Below, in pieces: positions 39,781 to 49,594 of a stretch of DNA of 64,000 nt. How positions within the stretch are numbered: position 1 is the first letter of the stretch; every line of letters begins with the position of its first letter. The stretch spans positions 33,444 to 97,443 of the forward strand of contig DATNIM010000042.1 of the NCBI GenBank assembly GCA_035604455.1, written 5' to 3'. Made by a program: the position numbers and the translations under genes. The notes beneath the pieces were generated by a model that saw only the letters and a program-made list of their open reading frames with translations, did no database searches and was not told where the DNA came from. This DNA comes from Gemmatimonadales bacterium. Its GTDB lineage: Bacteria > Gemmatimonadota > Gemmatimonadetes > Gemmatimonadales > GWC2-71-9.

Positions 39781-40759
39781 GGAGGTTCCCCGGCCCGAGT
39801 TGCGCTGCCCCCGCTGCGAGGCGGAGGTCGCGCGGTTCTGGCGGTACTGCTCGGACTGTGGCCGGGGCCTCGTGTGGCGGGACGAGGCGCGGGAGACCGG
39901 CGCCGAGTGCTTCTACTGCGGCTGGATCGTCTCGGACCGGTTTTCGTTCTGCCCGTGGTGCGGGCGCTCGATCGCCGACAAGGACTCGAGTCCGACCCCG
40001 CTCAAGGCGCCGACTGGATTTCGCTTCGACCGGCGGTGTCGCTCGGGTTGCGGCGGCGGGGTCATGTACCCGATGGCGTTTTGCCCCTGGTGCGGTCGCG
40101 CGGAACGGTGGCCGGACCGAGGGTTCGACAACATCTGCCCGCACTGCGATCGCGGCGTGGACGATTGGATGGACGTCTGTCCGTGGTGCGGCGAAGACGC
40201 CACCGGGCGCGACCTGATCCCCCGTGCGCTACGGCGCGCGCGGCGCCTTCTCGCCCTGAGCCGGATCACGCGCTGGGACTATCGGGTGCTGTTGCGGCCC
40301 GGAGTCTCGGGCGTCGCGCACCGGGCGCCGAAGATCCTCGAAATCGAGCGCCGGTATGTCACGAAGCGCTGGCGGGCCGAGATCTCGTGGAACCTGCTCA
40401 CCGGCCTGTTGCTCCACGAACTGGGCCACTCGTTCCTCTTTCACCACTGGGCGTGGTCCCGCACGGGCCGCTTCCGGCGCGCCTTCGGCGAGGTGCGGAT
40501 CGCCTACCGGGTGTCGGATTCGACCTGGGTCGATTTCGAGCGCCGCGGGGTCACGACGACGCTGCCGGACTACGTCACGGCCTACGCCGCGACCCACCCG
40601 CTTGAGGATTTCGCGGAAACCTTCCGGCTCTACGTGGCCCGGCGCGGCCGCCTCCGGGAGCTCTTCGCCGAATTCGGGCGCAAGCGGAAAGGGGTGCCCG
40701 TGTTCGAGAAGTTCCTCGTCTTGCACGACTACGTGCGGAGTCTGCGCGGCTGGCCGTAG
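39746..40759 (+). CDS. Four tandem zinc ribbons fused to a putative zinc metallopeptidase (HExxH) domain
   Basis: CPRC-x9-YCSDCG, CFYCG-x9-FCPWCG, CRSGCG-x8-FCPWCG and CPHCD-x9-VCPWCG, then LLHELGHSF...HPLEDFAETF. It overlaps the ATP-grasp 3' end by up to 35 nt; alternative in-frame GTG/TTG starts lie a few codons downstream. Confidence 0.75.
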   Translation: MPHSSGAVAHRREVPRPELRCPRCEAEVARFWRYCSDCGRGLVWRDEARETGAECFYCGWIVSDRFSFCPWCGRSIADKDSSPTPLKAPTGFRFDRRCRSGCGGGVMYPMAFCPWCGRAERWPDRGFDNICPHCDRGVDDWMDVCPWCGEDATGRDLIPRALRRARRLLALSRITRWDYRVLLRPGVSGVAHRAPKILEIERRYVTKRWRAEISWNLLTGLLLHELGHSFLFHHWAWSRTGRFRRAFGEVRIAYRVSDSTWVDFERRGVTTTLPDYVTAYAATHPLEDFAETFRLYVARRGRLRELFAEFGRKRKGVPVFEKFLVLHDYVRSLRGWP

Positions 40760-42448
40760 CTAACCCGCGCGGGAGAGGCGGGGCACCTCGGTGAGAAACG
40801 CGCGCGTGCGCTCGACGGCGGCGCTGTAGAGGGCGAGTTCGGTCTCCCGCCGCGCCTTGTCCCAGCCCAGCAGCTCCCCCATCAGCGCCGCGACCGCGGG
40901 CGCGGCCGCGAGCCCGCGGCCCAGGTCCTCGTAGAAGAGGTGCAGCCGGCGGATCAGCACGTCGCTCAAGCGCACGGCGAGCTCCCGTTCCACGGCGTGC
41001 ACGATTTCGGCCCAGATGTCGGGGCGGTTGGGGAGGATCAGGTCGCCGAGCTTCCGGTCCCGCTCGACCAGGTTCGCGACCGCGGCGGCTTCCGCGCCGT
41101 AGCGGCCGACCAGGTGCCGGGCCACGGGCTCGGGGATCTCGCGGGCGATCGTCGCCTGTACCAGCACCTCAAGGTCCGCCGCCTCGCCGCCCGGCAGCGG
41201 GAGCCGTTCGGTCGGCGCGGGGCGCGTCTCGGGCCGGCCGTCCTGGGCATGGAGGACGCTCGAAACCTGGTCCACGACGTCACGCCCCATGACACGGTGG
41301 GTCGTGAGCTTGCCGCCCGCGACGGTGATCAGGCCGGACGGGGCCGTGACGATCCGGTGCTCCCGCGACACTGCCGCCGGGGTGACGGCGCGGTCAGGCG
41401 AGAGCAGTGGCCGGAGGCCGGCCCAAGTCGCAAACACGTCCCGCGGCGCGAGGCGGGCGTCGGGAAACACGGCGTTGGCGGACCGGAGGAGATACACGAC
41501 GTCGTCGCCCGACGCGCGCACCCCTTCGGGCGGCACCGGGTCGTCCGTGTCGGTGGTGCCGATGTAGCTCATGTCGCCCCACGGCAGCACGAACATCACG
41601 CGGCCGTCAATGGGCGAGATGAACGTGATCGCATTCTCATGGCCGAGCCGCGCGCGGGGCACGGCCACGTGCACGCCCTTCGTCGCGCGGAGCAGCGGCG
41701 TGACCGAAGGGTCGTCCTGCTGCCGCAGCCGATCGACCCAGGGCCCCGTGGCGTTGACGACAACGCGGGCGTGGACAGACCACGTGGTGCCGGTGAGCAC
41801 GTCCTCGACCGTCGCCCCGCGCAGCATGCCGTCCGACTTGAGCAGGTTCGTGACCGAGGCATAGTTCGCCACGAGGGCGCCGGCCGCTGCTGCGCTGCGC
41901 AGCGTACCAAGCGCCAGGCGGGCGTCGTCCGTCTGCGCGTCGTAGTAGAAGCCCGCACCGGCAAGGCCCTTGGTGCGCAGGCGGGGCTCGACGCGGCTCA
42001 CCGCCTTCGGTCCGAGCCAGCGGTGCATGCGCGTGTTGCGGAAGGACGCCAGCGCGTCATAGACCCAGAGACCGGCCCGCAGCTGCCAGGCCGGGACCCG
42101 GCTCCCGCGGTAGATCGGGAACACAAACGCGAGCGGGTGCACGAGATGAGGGGCAATGCGGAGCAGGACCGCCCGCTCGCGGCTCGCCTCGAGGACGAGG
42201 CGCCAGTCGCCGTGCTCGAGATAGCGGAGCCCGCCGTGAATCAGTCGCGAGGACCCAGACGACGTCGCGCCGGCGAAATCGCCCTGGTCGACCACCGCCG
42301 TTCGGATGCCGCGGAGCGCGGCTTCGCGCGCCGTCGCTGCGCCGACGATGCCCCCGCCGACGATGAGCAGATCGACCGGGTCCGCCGCCATGGAGGCGAG
42401 CGCGCTCGCACGAGTGCGCATGGACGAAGCGGTGGCAGCGTCGGACAT
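40760..42448 (-). CDS. glpD: FAD-dependent glycerol-3-phosphate dehydrogenase
   Basis: Starts at MSDAATASS. DLLIVGGGIVGAATAREAALRG (FAD fold), SSRLIHGGLRYLE, and a C-terminal helical GlpD domain. Confidence 0.88.
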   Translation of the reverse strand: MSDAATASSMRTRASALASMAADPVDLLIVGGGIVGAATAREAALRGIRTAVVDQGDFAGATSSGSSRLIHGGLRYLEHGDWRLVLEASRERAVLLRIAPHLVHPLAFVFPIYRGSRVPAWQLRAGLWVYDALASFRNTRMHRWLGPKAVSRVEPRLRTKGLAGAGFYYDAQTDDARLALGTLRSAAAAGALVANYASVTNLLKSDGMLRGATVEDVLTGTTWSVHARVVVNATGPWVDRLRQQDDPSVTPLLRATKGVHVAVPRARLGHENAITFISPIDGRVMFVLPWGDMSYIGTTDTDDPVPPEGVRASGDDVVYLLRSANAVFPDARLAPRDVFATWAGLRPLLSPDRAVTPAAVSREHRIVTAPSGLITVAGGKLTTHRVMGRDVVDQVSSVLHAQDGRPETRPAPTERLPLPGGEAADLEVLVQATIAREIPEPVARHLVGRYGAEAAAVANLVERDRKLGDLILPNRPDIWAEIVHAVERELAVRLSDVLIRRLHLFYEDLGRGLAAAPAVAALMGELLGWDKARRETELALYSAAVERTRAFLTEVPRLSRAG

Positions 42449-42555
42449 TGGGCTCCGCTTGGCTCGGCACCGCGCCCGGTGATAGGTTTTCGGACGGTGC
42501 TCCAGGTCCCCGGCGGGTGGTTGGGTGCTGGTGCGGGGCGCGGAAGGAGAATGTA

Positions 42556-43815
42556 ATGCCGGGCGCACAGGGGCGGCGGGTGGCGGTCATCGCCGGGTGT
42601 CGGACGCCGTTCTGCCGCGCGGGAACGCTGCTCCGAAGCGCGCGAGCCGTCGATCTCGCGCGACACGTGGCGCGCGAGCTCCTCGAGCGCACGAACCTGG
42701 ACGGCCGCGCCGTGGACGAAGTGGTCTTCGGGCAGGTGATCCCCTCGCCGCTCGTCGCGAACGTCGCGCGCGAAGTGAGCCTCCTGCCGCAGTTTCCACG
42801 AGACATCCCCGCGTACTCGCTCAGCCGGGCCTGCGCCTCAGGCGCCCAGGCCATCGCTGCCGCGGCCGATCAGATCACGCTGGGACACACGAATGTGGCC
42901 ATTGCGGGCGGCGTCGAATCGCTCTCCGACATCCCGGTCCTCGCCTCGCGCCCCCTCGCGGACGCGCTCGTCAGCGCGAGCAAAGCCAAGAGCTTGAAGC
43001 AGCGCACCCTGCCGTTCACCCGCCTGCGGCCGCGGGACCTCGTTCCGGTCTCGCCCGCCATCGCCGAACCGTCGACCGGGGAGACGATGGGTCAGTCGGC
43101 CGAGAAGATGGCCAAGGAGAACCGGATCTCCCGGATCGCGCAGGACGAGTGGGCGTTGCGGAGCCACACGCTCGCCGCCCGTGGAACGGACGACGGGCGC
43201 CTGGTGGCCGAGATCGTTCCGTGGTTCCCCGAGCGCCCCGACGCCCCGGTCGTCACCGCCGACAACGGCATCCGCCGCGATACCTCGCTCGAGCAGATGA
43301 AACGGCTGCCGCCCGTCTTCGACCGCCGCTACGGCAGCATCACCGCGGCGAACAGTTCCCCGCTCACCGACGGCGCCTCGGCGGTCCTCCTCATGGGGGA
43401 GGACACGGCGCGGACCCTCGGGTACGAGCCCCTGGCGTTCATCCGGTCGTACGCCGTCGCCGCCGTGGACCCTGGATGGCAGCTGCTGCAGGCTCCCGTC
43501 TGGGCCGTCCCGAAGGCGCTCGAGCGCGCGCGGGTCGCCTGGAGCGATCTCGGCCTGATCGAGATCCACGAAGCGTTCGCGGCGCAAGTCCTCTCGAACC
43601 TGCAGGGCTTCGCCGGCCATGGGTGGACGCTCAACGAGGACCTCATCAACGTGATGGGCGGCTCGATCGCCATCGGCCACCCCTTCGGGGCGACGGGCGG
43701 ACGCCTCGTGACCACGCTCGCCCACGAAATGCAGCGCCGCGGGGTCGCGCTCGGGCTCGTTTCGATCTGCGCGCAGGGTGGCATGGGGTTCGCGATGGTC
43801 CTGGAGCGCGCGTGA
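42556..43815 (+). CDS. fadA: Acetyl-CoA C-acyltransferase (thiolase)
   Basis: ATG 42556 preceded by GGAAGGAGA. Active-site context YSLSRACASGAQAI, plus C-terminal GGSIAIGHPFGATG and CAQGGMG. Confidence 0.9.
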   Translation: MPGAQGRRVAVIAGCRTPFCRAGTLLRSARAVDLARHVARELLERTNLDGRAVDEVVFGQVIPSPLVANVAREVSLLPQFPRDIPAYSLSRACASGAQAIAAAADQITLGHTNVAIAGGVESLSDIPVLASRPLADALVSASKAKSLKQRTLPFTRLRPRDLVPVSPAIAEPSTGETMGQSAEKMAKENRISRIAQDEWALRSHTLAARGTDDGRLVAEIVPWFPERPDAPVVTADNGIRRDTSLEQMKRLPPVFDRRYGSITAANSSPLTDGASAVLLMGEDTARTLGYEPLAFIRSYAVAAVDPGWQLLQAPVWAVPKALERARVAWSDLGLIEIHEAFAAQVLSNLQGFAGHGWTLNEDLINVMGGSIAIGHPFGATGGRLVTTLAHEMQRRGVALGLVSICAQGGMGFAMVLERA

Positions 43816-45935
43816 CGGCCCTCGCACTCGAGATCACCGACGGCGTCGCGGTGGTGACGCTTGATGTCCCGGGCGCGTCGGTCAACACGATCAGCCGGGC
43901 CGTTCGCGACGAGTGCGCCGCGTGCTTCGAGCGGCTCGCCCAGGACAGGAGCGTCCGCGCGGTCGCGTTTCTTTCGGGCAAGCGCGACGGGTTCATCGCC
44001 GGTGCCAACATCGAGGAGTTCGTCGCGTTGACGAGCGCGCCCGAGGCGGAGCAGCTGGTAACGAGCGCTCAGCAGCTGCTCGAGCGGATCGCGCGGTTCC
44101 CGAAGCCCGTGGTGGTCGGGATACACGGTGCCTGCCTCGGCGGCGGGCTCGAGTTCGCTCTGGCCTGCCACTACCGGGTAGTGACCGACCATCCGAAGAC
44201 CCAGCTCGGACTTCCGGAAGTGCAGCTCGGGCTGCTGCCAGCTGTCGGGGGATGCCAGCGGCTCCCCCGGCTGATCGGCGTCCGGGCGGCGCTCGACATC
44301 ATCCTCGCCGGCCGCTCGGAGCGCGCCGCGAAAGCCTGGCGCCTGGGGATCGCGGATGAGCTCGTCCCCGTTCCCATCCTGCGCGACGTCGTACTCGCCG
44401 CGGCCGGCCGCTTGGCCGGCGGCTGGCGTCCCGAGCGCAGGCGGCCGGGCGGCGTGCTAGGGCTTCTGCTCGACCGGACACCCCTCGGCTGCCGCGTCGT
44501 CTTCGAGCTCGCGCGGCGCCGCGTGCGGGCCACCACCCACGGCAACTATCCCGCGCCCCTCGCCGCGCTCGAGGCCGTGGAATACGGCCAGCGACACGGT
44601 GTCGCGAGCGGATTGAAGCGCGAAGCCGAGCTCTTCGGTCAGCTCGCCGTGGGGGACGTGTCCCGGAAACTGGTCCAGATCTTCTTTGCCACGACGGCCT
44701 TGAAAAAGGATTACGGCATCCCCACTGCTCCCGCGCCCCTCGAGGTGCGCCGGTTGGGGGTCGTGGGTGCCGGGTTCATGGGCGCGGGGATCGCGGGTAC
44801 GGCGGTCGTGCAGGCGCAGGTCGACGTCCGCCTGAAGGACGCCGATTTGCCGAGGGTCGCGCGCGGTCTCGCGGCCGCGCGCGCCGTGGTGAACGAGCGC
44901 CTCGCGAGACGACGGATCACGCGCTACGAGCACGCGCGACTCGTCGCCTCGCTGTCCGGGAGCGACCACTACACCGGGTTCGGCCGCGCAGACCTCGTGA
45001 TCGAAGCGGTGTTCGAGGATCTCGGGCTCAAGCAGCAGGTTGTCGGAGAGATCGAGGCCGTCACGTCCCCAAGCGCGGTGGTCGCGACCAATACGTCGAG
45101 CATCCCGATCGCGTCGATCGCGAGCCGCGCGGGCCGGCCCGACCGCATCGTCGGGATGCATTTCTTTTCGCCCGTCGCGCGCATGCCGCTGCTCGAGGTG
45201 ATCCCTTCGGAGACGACGGCCCCGGAGGTCGTGAGCACGGCGGTCGCGTTCGGACGCCGGATGGGCAAGACAGTGGTCGTGGTGCGCGATCGGCCGGGCT
45301 TTTGGGTGAACCGGATACTGGCGCCATACATGAACGAAGCGGGGTACCTCGTGCTCGAAGGCGCCGCGATCGAGGAGATCGACCACTTGATGGTCGCCTG
45401 GGGATTTCCCGTCGGCCCGATCACCCTGCTCGACGAAGTCGGTCTCGACGTGGCCGAAAAAGCGTGCGGCGTGCTGTACGCGGCATTTGGCGAGCGCCTG
45501 GCGCCCTCGCCCGCGGTGCCCCGGCTCGTCAACGACGGGCGTTTTGGCCGCAAGAACCAGCGCGGGTTTTATCGGTATGCTGGCGGCAAGAAGCGCGGGG
45601 CCGATCCGACCGTGGGCGAGCTTCTCGGTGTCCAGCCCAACGGTGGCGCGCATGCCGCCACGGTTCTCCAGCGGCTCGTGCTCGTGATCTTGAACGAGGC
45701 GGCCCGCGCCTTCGGGGAGGGGATCGTACGGCAGCCGCGCGACGGCGACATCGCCGCCCTGTACGGATTCGGGTTCCCGGCGTTTCGTGGCGGTCCGCTG
45801 CGGCACGCCGACGACCTCGGCGCCGCCCGTCTGGTGAGCGAGCTCGAGCGGCTGACCGAGCGCCACGGACCCCGCTTTGCCCCCTGCGACGTGCTCGTCG
45901 AGCAGGCGCGGAGCGGGACGAAGTTCTACAACTAA
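43812..45935 (+). CDS. fadB: Multifunctional enoyl-CoA hydratase / 3-hydroxyacyl-CoA dehydrogenase
   Basis: GTG 43812 overlaps the thiolase stop. It has a crotonase fold (FIAGANIEEF, GACLGGGLEFALAC) and an NAD fold (LGVVGAGFMGAGIA). The first 429 codons of the listed 42525 ORF are an out-of-frame shadow of fadA. Confidence 0.9.
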   Translation: MTALALEITDGVAVVTLDVPGASVNTISRAVRDECAACFERLAQDRSVRAVAFLSGKRDGFIAGANIEEFVALTSAPEAEQLVTSAQQLLERIARFPKPVVVGIHGACLGGGLEFALACHYRVVTDHPKTQLGLPEVQLGLLPAVGGCQRLPRLIGVRAALDIILAGRSERAAKAWRLGIADELVPVPILRDVVLAAAGRLAGGWRPERRRPGGVLGLLLDRTPLGCRVVFELARRRVRATTHGNYPAPLAALEAVEYGQRHGVASGLKREAELFGQLAVGDVSRKLVQIFFATTALKKDYGIPTAPAPLEVRRLGVVGAGFMGAGIAGTAVVQAQVDVRLKDADLPRVARGLAAARAVVNERLARRRITRYEHARLVASLSGSDHYTGFGRADLVIEAVFEDLGLKQQVVGEIEAVTSPSAVVATNTSSIPIASIASRAGRPDRIVGMHFFSPVARMPLLEVIPSETTAPEVVSTAVAFGRRMGKTVVVVRDRPGFWVNRILAPYMNEAGYLVLEGAAIEEIDHLMVAWGFPVGPITLLDEVGLDVAEKACGVLYAAFGERLAPSPAVPRLVNDGRFGRKNQRGFYRYAGGKKRGADPTVGELLGVQPNGGAHAATVLQRLVLVILNEAARAFGEGIVRQPRDGDIAALYGFGFPAFRGGPLRHADDLGAARLVSELERLTERHGPRFAPCDVLVEQARSGTKFYN

Positions 45936-45948
45936 GCCGCTTGCCCGG

Positions 45949-46902
45949 ATGCTCGCGCGAGCAGGCCTCTTGTGGGTATCAGAGCGGCCAGCAGTCGTCC
46001 GCCTGGTGCGTTCGAGTGGACTCGGTCGGCGCCTCGCGGCGCGGTTCGTGGCGGGTGACGACGTGTCGAGCGCGGTGCGCGCTGTGCAGGAGCTCAACGC
46101 GGCGGGCGTCGCGGCCACACTCGACGTGCTCGGGGAATCGGTCACGAGTGCGGCTGAGGCGCGCGCCGCGCGGGACGCGTATCTCGAGACGCTCGACGCC
46201 ATCGCGCGGGCCCATGCCGCGAGTCATGTTTCGCTCAAGCTCACCCAGCTCGGTCTCGATGTTTCGGAAGAGCGGTGCGTCTCGAACGTCGAGGCGGTAA
46301 TCGAACGCGCGCGAGCGTTGGGCTCCTTCGTCCGTATCGACATGGAAGGGTCGGCGTACACGGAACGCACCCTCGCTCTTTTTCGCGATCGTTTCCGGCC
46401 TGAGTTCGGGACCGCGGTCGGCGTCGTGCTCCAATCCTATCTCCGGCGGACTGAACACGACTTGACGGACCTTCTCCGAGTGGGCGCGCGCATCCGGCTG
46501 TGCAAGGGGGCCTATCAGGAGCCCGCGACGGTCGCGTTTCCGCGAAAGAGCGACGTCGACGCGAACTATGTCCGCTGTATGGAGCGCCTGCTCAAGGAGG
46601 GCAGGGAGCCCGCGATCGCCACGCACGACGAGGCCCTCATCGAGCACGCCAAGGCGTTCGCTCGACGCGAGGGCCTCCCCCCTGAGCGGTTCGAGTTCCA
46701 GATGCTCTATGGCGTGCGGCGCGACCTCCAGCGCGCGCTCCGGCGCGACGGATATCGCGTCAGGGTGTACGTGCCCTTCGGGGGCGCGTGGTACCGCTAT
46801 CTCGTGCGGCGGCTCGCGGAGCGTCCCGCCAACCTGTGGTTCGTCGCGGGCAACGTCCTCCGGGAAGCCTTGTCGCGTCGCAGTGTGGATCACCGCGCAT
46901 GA
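45949..46902 (+). CDS. Proline dehydrogenase (monofunctional PRODH)
   Basis: VSLKLTQLG...RIDMEGSAYTE...VLQSYLRRTE...RLCKGAYQEP...ATHDEALIE...FQMLYGVR. Confidence 0.88.
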   Translation: MLARAGLLWVSERPAVVRLVRSSGLGRRLAARFVAGDDVSSAVRAVQELNAAGVAATLDVLGESVTSAAEARAARDAYLETLDAIARAHAASHVSLKLTQLGLDVSEERCVSNVEAVIERARALGSFVRIDMEGSAYTERTLALFRDRFRPEFGTAVGVVLQSYLRRTEHDLTDLLRVGARIRLCKGAYQEPATVAFPRKSDVDANYVRCMERLLKEGREPAIATHDEALIEHAKAFARREGLPPERFEFQMLYGVRRDLQRALRRDGYRVRVYVPFGGAWYRYLVRRLAERPANLWFVAGNVLREALSRRSVDHRA

Positions 46903-47825
46903 TCGGGGTCGTCCTCGAGCGCCAAGGAGCGACGCTGCGCGTCCAGACCGAGGGCGGGGAGGTCCGCGCGGTGCTGCGGGGCCGCCTGAAACAGGGGGAG
47001 ACCGACCACGTGGTGGCGGGCGACGTGGTCGACTTCGAACAGGGTGCGGACGGTCCCGCCACGATCACGGGGATGCGGCCGCGCAAGTCGGTGCTCGCCC
47101 GCCGCGCTGCGGGAGAGCGCGATTCACACCGCGCGCAGCCGATCGTCGCGAACGTCGACCAGGTGGTGGTCGTCACGGCGGCGCGTGAACCCGATCCGAA
47201 TCTCCGCATGCTCGACCGGTTCCTGGTGATCGCCGCCGCGAACGACCTACCTGCCGTCATCGTCGTGAACAAGGTCGATCTGGACCGAGGCGCGGTCGAG
47301 CGCTTAGGCGCCCGGTTCGGACCTGCACGCTACCGGATCGTGGCGACGTCCGTGCGCACGGGGGCGCTCGGCGGGCTGGGCGCGATACTCGAAGGTCGGG
47401 CCTCCGTCCTCGCGGGCCCGTCGGGCGTCGGCAAGTCGAGCCTCCTCAACGCGCTCTATCCCGGTCTCGGGCTTCGGACGGGCGGCGTCAGTGAGCGCTT
47501 TGGAGCGGGGCGCCATACGACGCGCGCGGCGGTGCTGGTCCCGCTCGACGCGCGGGGCGGGTTTGTAGCGGATACGCCGGGGCTGCGGGAAGTGGGGACG
47601 TGGGCGCTCGACCCGAACGCGCTCGCGGCGTGCTTCCCTGAGTTCCGTCCGTTTCTCGATCGGTGCCGGTTCGACAACTGCCGGCACATGCTCGAGCCCG
47701 ACTGCGCCGTGCGCGAGGCCGCAGGCGCAGGCGCCTTCGACGCCGACCGGCTGGCGTCCTATCAGCGGCTGTTCGAGGAGGTCAACGTTCCCGCGTGGTC
47801 GAGCGGTCGGGGCCGCCCGCACTGA
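46899..47825 (+). CDS. rsgA: Ribosome small-subunit-dependent GTPase A
   Basis: Starts at MIGVV, overlapping the upstream stop. An OB fold, then circularly permuted GTPase motifs (VVNKVDL, AGPSGVGKSSLLN, DTPG) and a C-terminal zinc knuckle (CRFDNCRHMLEPDCAV). Confidence 0.92.
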   Translation: MIGVVLERQGATLRVQTEGGEVRAVLRGRLKQGETDHVVAGDVVDFEQGADGPATITGMRPRKSVLARRAAGERDSHRAQPIVANVDQVVVVTAAREPDPNLRMLDRFLVIAAANDLPAVIVVNKVDLDRGAVERLGARFGPARYRIVATSVRTGALGGLGAILEGRASVLAGPSGVGKSSLLNALYPGLGLRTGGVSERFGAGRHTTRAAVLVPLDARGGFVADTPGLREVGTWALDPNALAACFPEFRPFLDRCRFDNCRHMLEPDCAVREAAGAGAFDADRLASYQRLFEEVNVPAWSSGRGRPH

Positions 47826-47838
47826 TGCGATGCGACGG

Positions 47839-49308
47839 TCAGGAAGCGGGAAGGGTGAACGAGAACGTGGCGCCCTCGTCGGGGCGCCCGGTGGCCCAAA
47901 TCCTGCCCCCGTGCCGCACGACGATCCGCTTCACGGTCGCAAGCCCGACGCCCGTGCCCGGGTACTCGTCCGTCGTGTGCAGTCGCTGGAAGACCCCAAA
48001 CAGACGGTCCGCCTGCGCCGGGTCAAAGCCCGCGCCATTGTCCGCCACGAAGAAGACCGTGTCGCGCTCATCCGAGCGTCGCCCGACCTCGATACGGGCA
48101 TCAGGACGCCTGCTCGTGAACTTCCACGCGTTCCCGAGCAGGTTCTCGATGGCCGCCCGCAGCAGCGCGGGGTCTCCCGTGACACGGAGATCCTTGTGGA
48201 TGACGACCTCCACCGTCCGCGCCGGGTCGTTCTTCCGCAACCCCGCGGCGCTGGCCTCGGCGAGCGCGCTCAAGTCGACGGTCTCGCGCCGCGCTTCCGT
48301 CCTCGTCACGCGGGCGAGGGTCAGCATGCCGAGGATGAGCTCGTTCATGTGACTGACGCCCGACTGAATGCGCTCCACGAGGCGACGTCCCTCCACGCCC
48401 ACGAGCGGGCCAAAGTCCTCGGCTAGGATGCGGCTGAATCCGTCGATGTGGCGGAGCGGGGCCCGTAAGTCGTGGGAGACCGAGTAGGAGAACGCCTCGA
48501 GCTCCTGATTCACGGCCTGCAGTTCGGTCGTGCGCTCCTGCACGCGGCGTTCGAGGTCGATATTGGCGGCCGCGAGCGCCACGGCCAAGCGACGCTGCTC
48601 GGCTTCGCTTTCCCGCAGGGCGGCGAGCGCGTCGTCTCGCCGGCGCTCCGCTTTCAGGATCCGCGTGATCTGCTGGCACATCCATTCGCCTTGCTTGTCA
48701 CGGGTCTCGGGGCTCGCGAGCAAGACCTCAGGCGGCACGTAGAACACGTTGTCGCGATGGAGGACGTGGCCGACGTAGAGACTCCGATGGGCGAGCAGGG
48801 CATCCTGAATAGCTCGTCCGGGAACCGTCTCGGCGTGGTACTGGCAGACTCCCGAGAGGGGCTTGTCACGGAACACCCGCTCGAGCAACGCCTCGTACTC
48901 TAGGAGTCGGTCGAAGTTCTTGTCCGGACCGAGCTCCCAGCGCATGTCGCCCGTCGCGCAGAGACCCTGATACCCGTCTCGCACGGCGTCGTCAATCAAG
49001 GTGGTCAGCATCGCGACCATCGCCTCGGGGTCGAAGCCGTCGTTGAGATGACTCCGATCGGAGGAAAGGATGAGCGCGCCGCGTTCGGTCTCGGCTTTGA
49101 CATCGACCCCTTTCGCCGAAAGGGCGCTCGCCACCATATCGAGCATGCCGGGATCGCCGAGATACAAGCATCGCCGGCCCTCCCGAAGGCCCTCGATGAG
49201 CAGTGGAACGATGACGGGGAGTTGCTCCGACGGATGACCCTCGTAAATGAGACACTTGTGGCGGCTTGCCTCGACATCGGGCTCACGTGCGAGCGGAGAC
49301 ATCGCCAT
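47839..49308 (-). CDS. Cytoplasmic sensor histidine kinase with N-terminal MEDS domain
   Basis: MEDS-like KCLIYEGHPSEQLPVIVPLLIEGLREGRRCLYLGD...GDMRWEL, a coiled coil, HisKA (FSYSVSHDLRAPLRHI) and HATPase (DNGAGFD...GTGVGLA). The start is ATG 49308 or 49302; the upstream codons of the listed ORF lack coding character. Confidence 0.85.
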   Translation of the reverse strand: MAMSPLAREPDVEASRHKCLIYEGHPSEQLPVIVPLLIEGLREGRRCLYLGDPGMLDMVASALSAKGVDVKAETERGALILSSDRSHLNDGFDPEAMVAMLTTLIDDAVRDGYQGLCATGDMRWELGPDKNFDRLLEYEALLERVFRDKPLSGVCQYHAETVPGRAIQDALLAHRSLYVGHVLHRDNVFYVPPEVLLASPETRDKQGEWMCQQITRILKAERRRDDALAALRESEAEQRRLAVALAAANIDLERRVQERTTELQAVNQELEAFSYSVSHDLRAPLRHIDGFSRILAEDFGPLVGVEGRRLVERIQSGVSHMNELILGMLTLARVTRTEARRETVDLSALAEASAAGLRKNDPARTVEVVIHKDLRVTGDPALLRAAIENLLGNAWKFTSRRPDARIEVGRRSDERDTVFFVADNGAGFDPAQADRLFGVFQRLHTTDEYPGTGVGLATVKRIVVRHGGRIWATGRPDEGATFSFTLPAS

Positions 49309-49594
49309 TCCTTTCCATGCGATCGGAGGTCTTCCGTGGCCGTCCATCCCCTGCCATTCATGGGCGTGACTGGCGCGGCGGTCAACCATCGTGGGGGAGC
49401 GCCGGGCTTCATAGGGCGCGGTTGCGGCATCGAAGGGCGAGAATGAGGCAGTGCACGTCGACCGGTGCCGTAAAGCGTTCAGCGACAACAGGTTGCCACA
49501 GAGGCAAGTGCAACAGTTACACTCCGCTCTTCTCGCTCGCGGGCCTCTCGCCCGGGGCAGCGGTTCACAATCATGACGCTTTGGGAGCGCACAC

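Noticed and set aside
42525-45935. Apparent 1136-aa giant ORF spanning the thiolase and fadB
   Set aside because: The first ~429 codons are an out-of-frame read through fadA with junk composition. The real FadB begins at GTG 43812, which overlaps the thiolase stop. This is not a fusion and not a pseudogene.
49480-49500. Sigma-54-like TGGCAA-N5-TGTCGC on the minus strand upstream of the histidine kinase
   Set aside because: The -12 element does not match TTGC at the required spacing from the GG, and no enhancer-binding protein gene is nearby.
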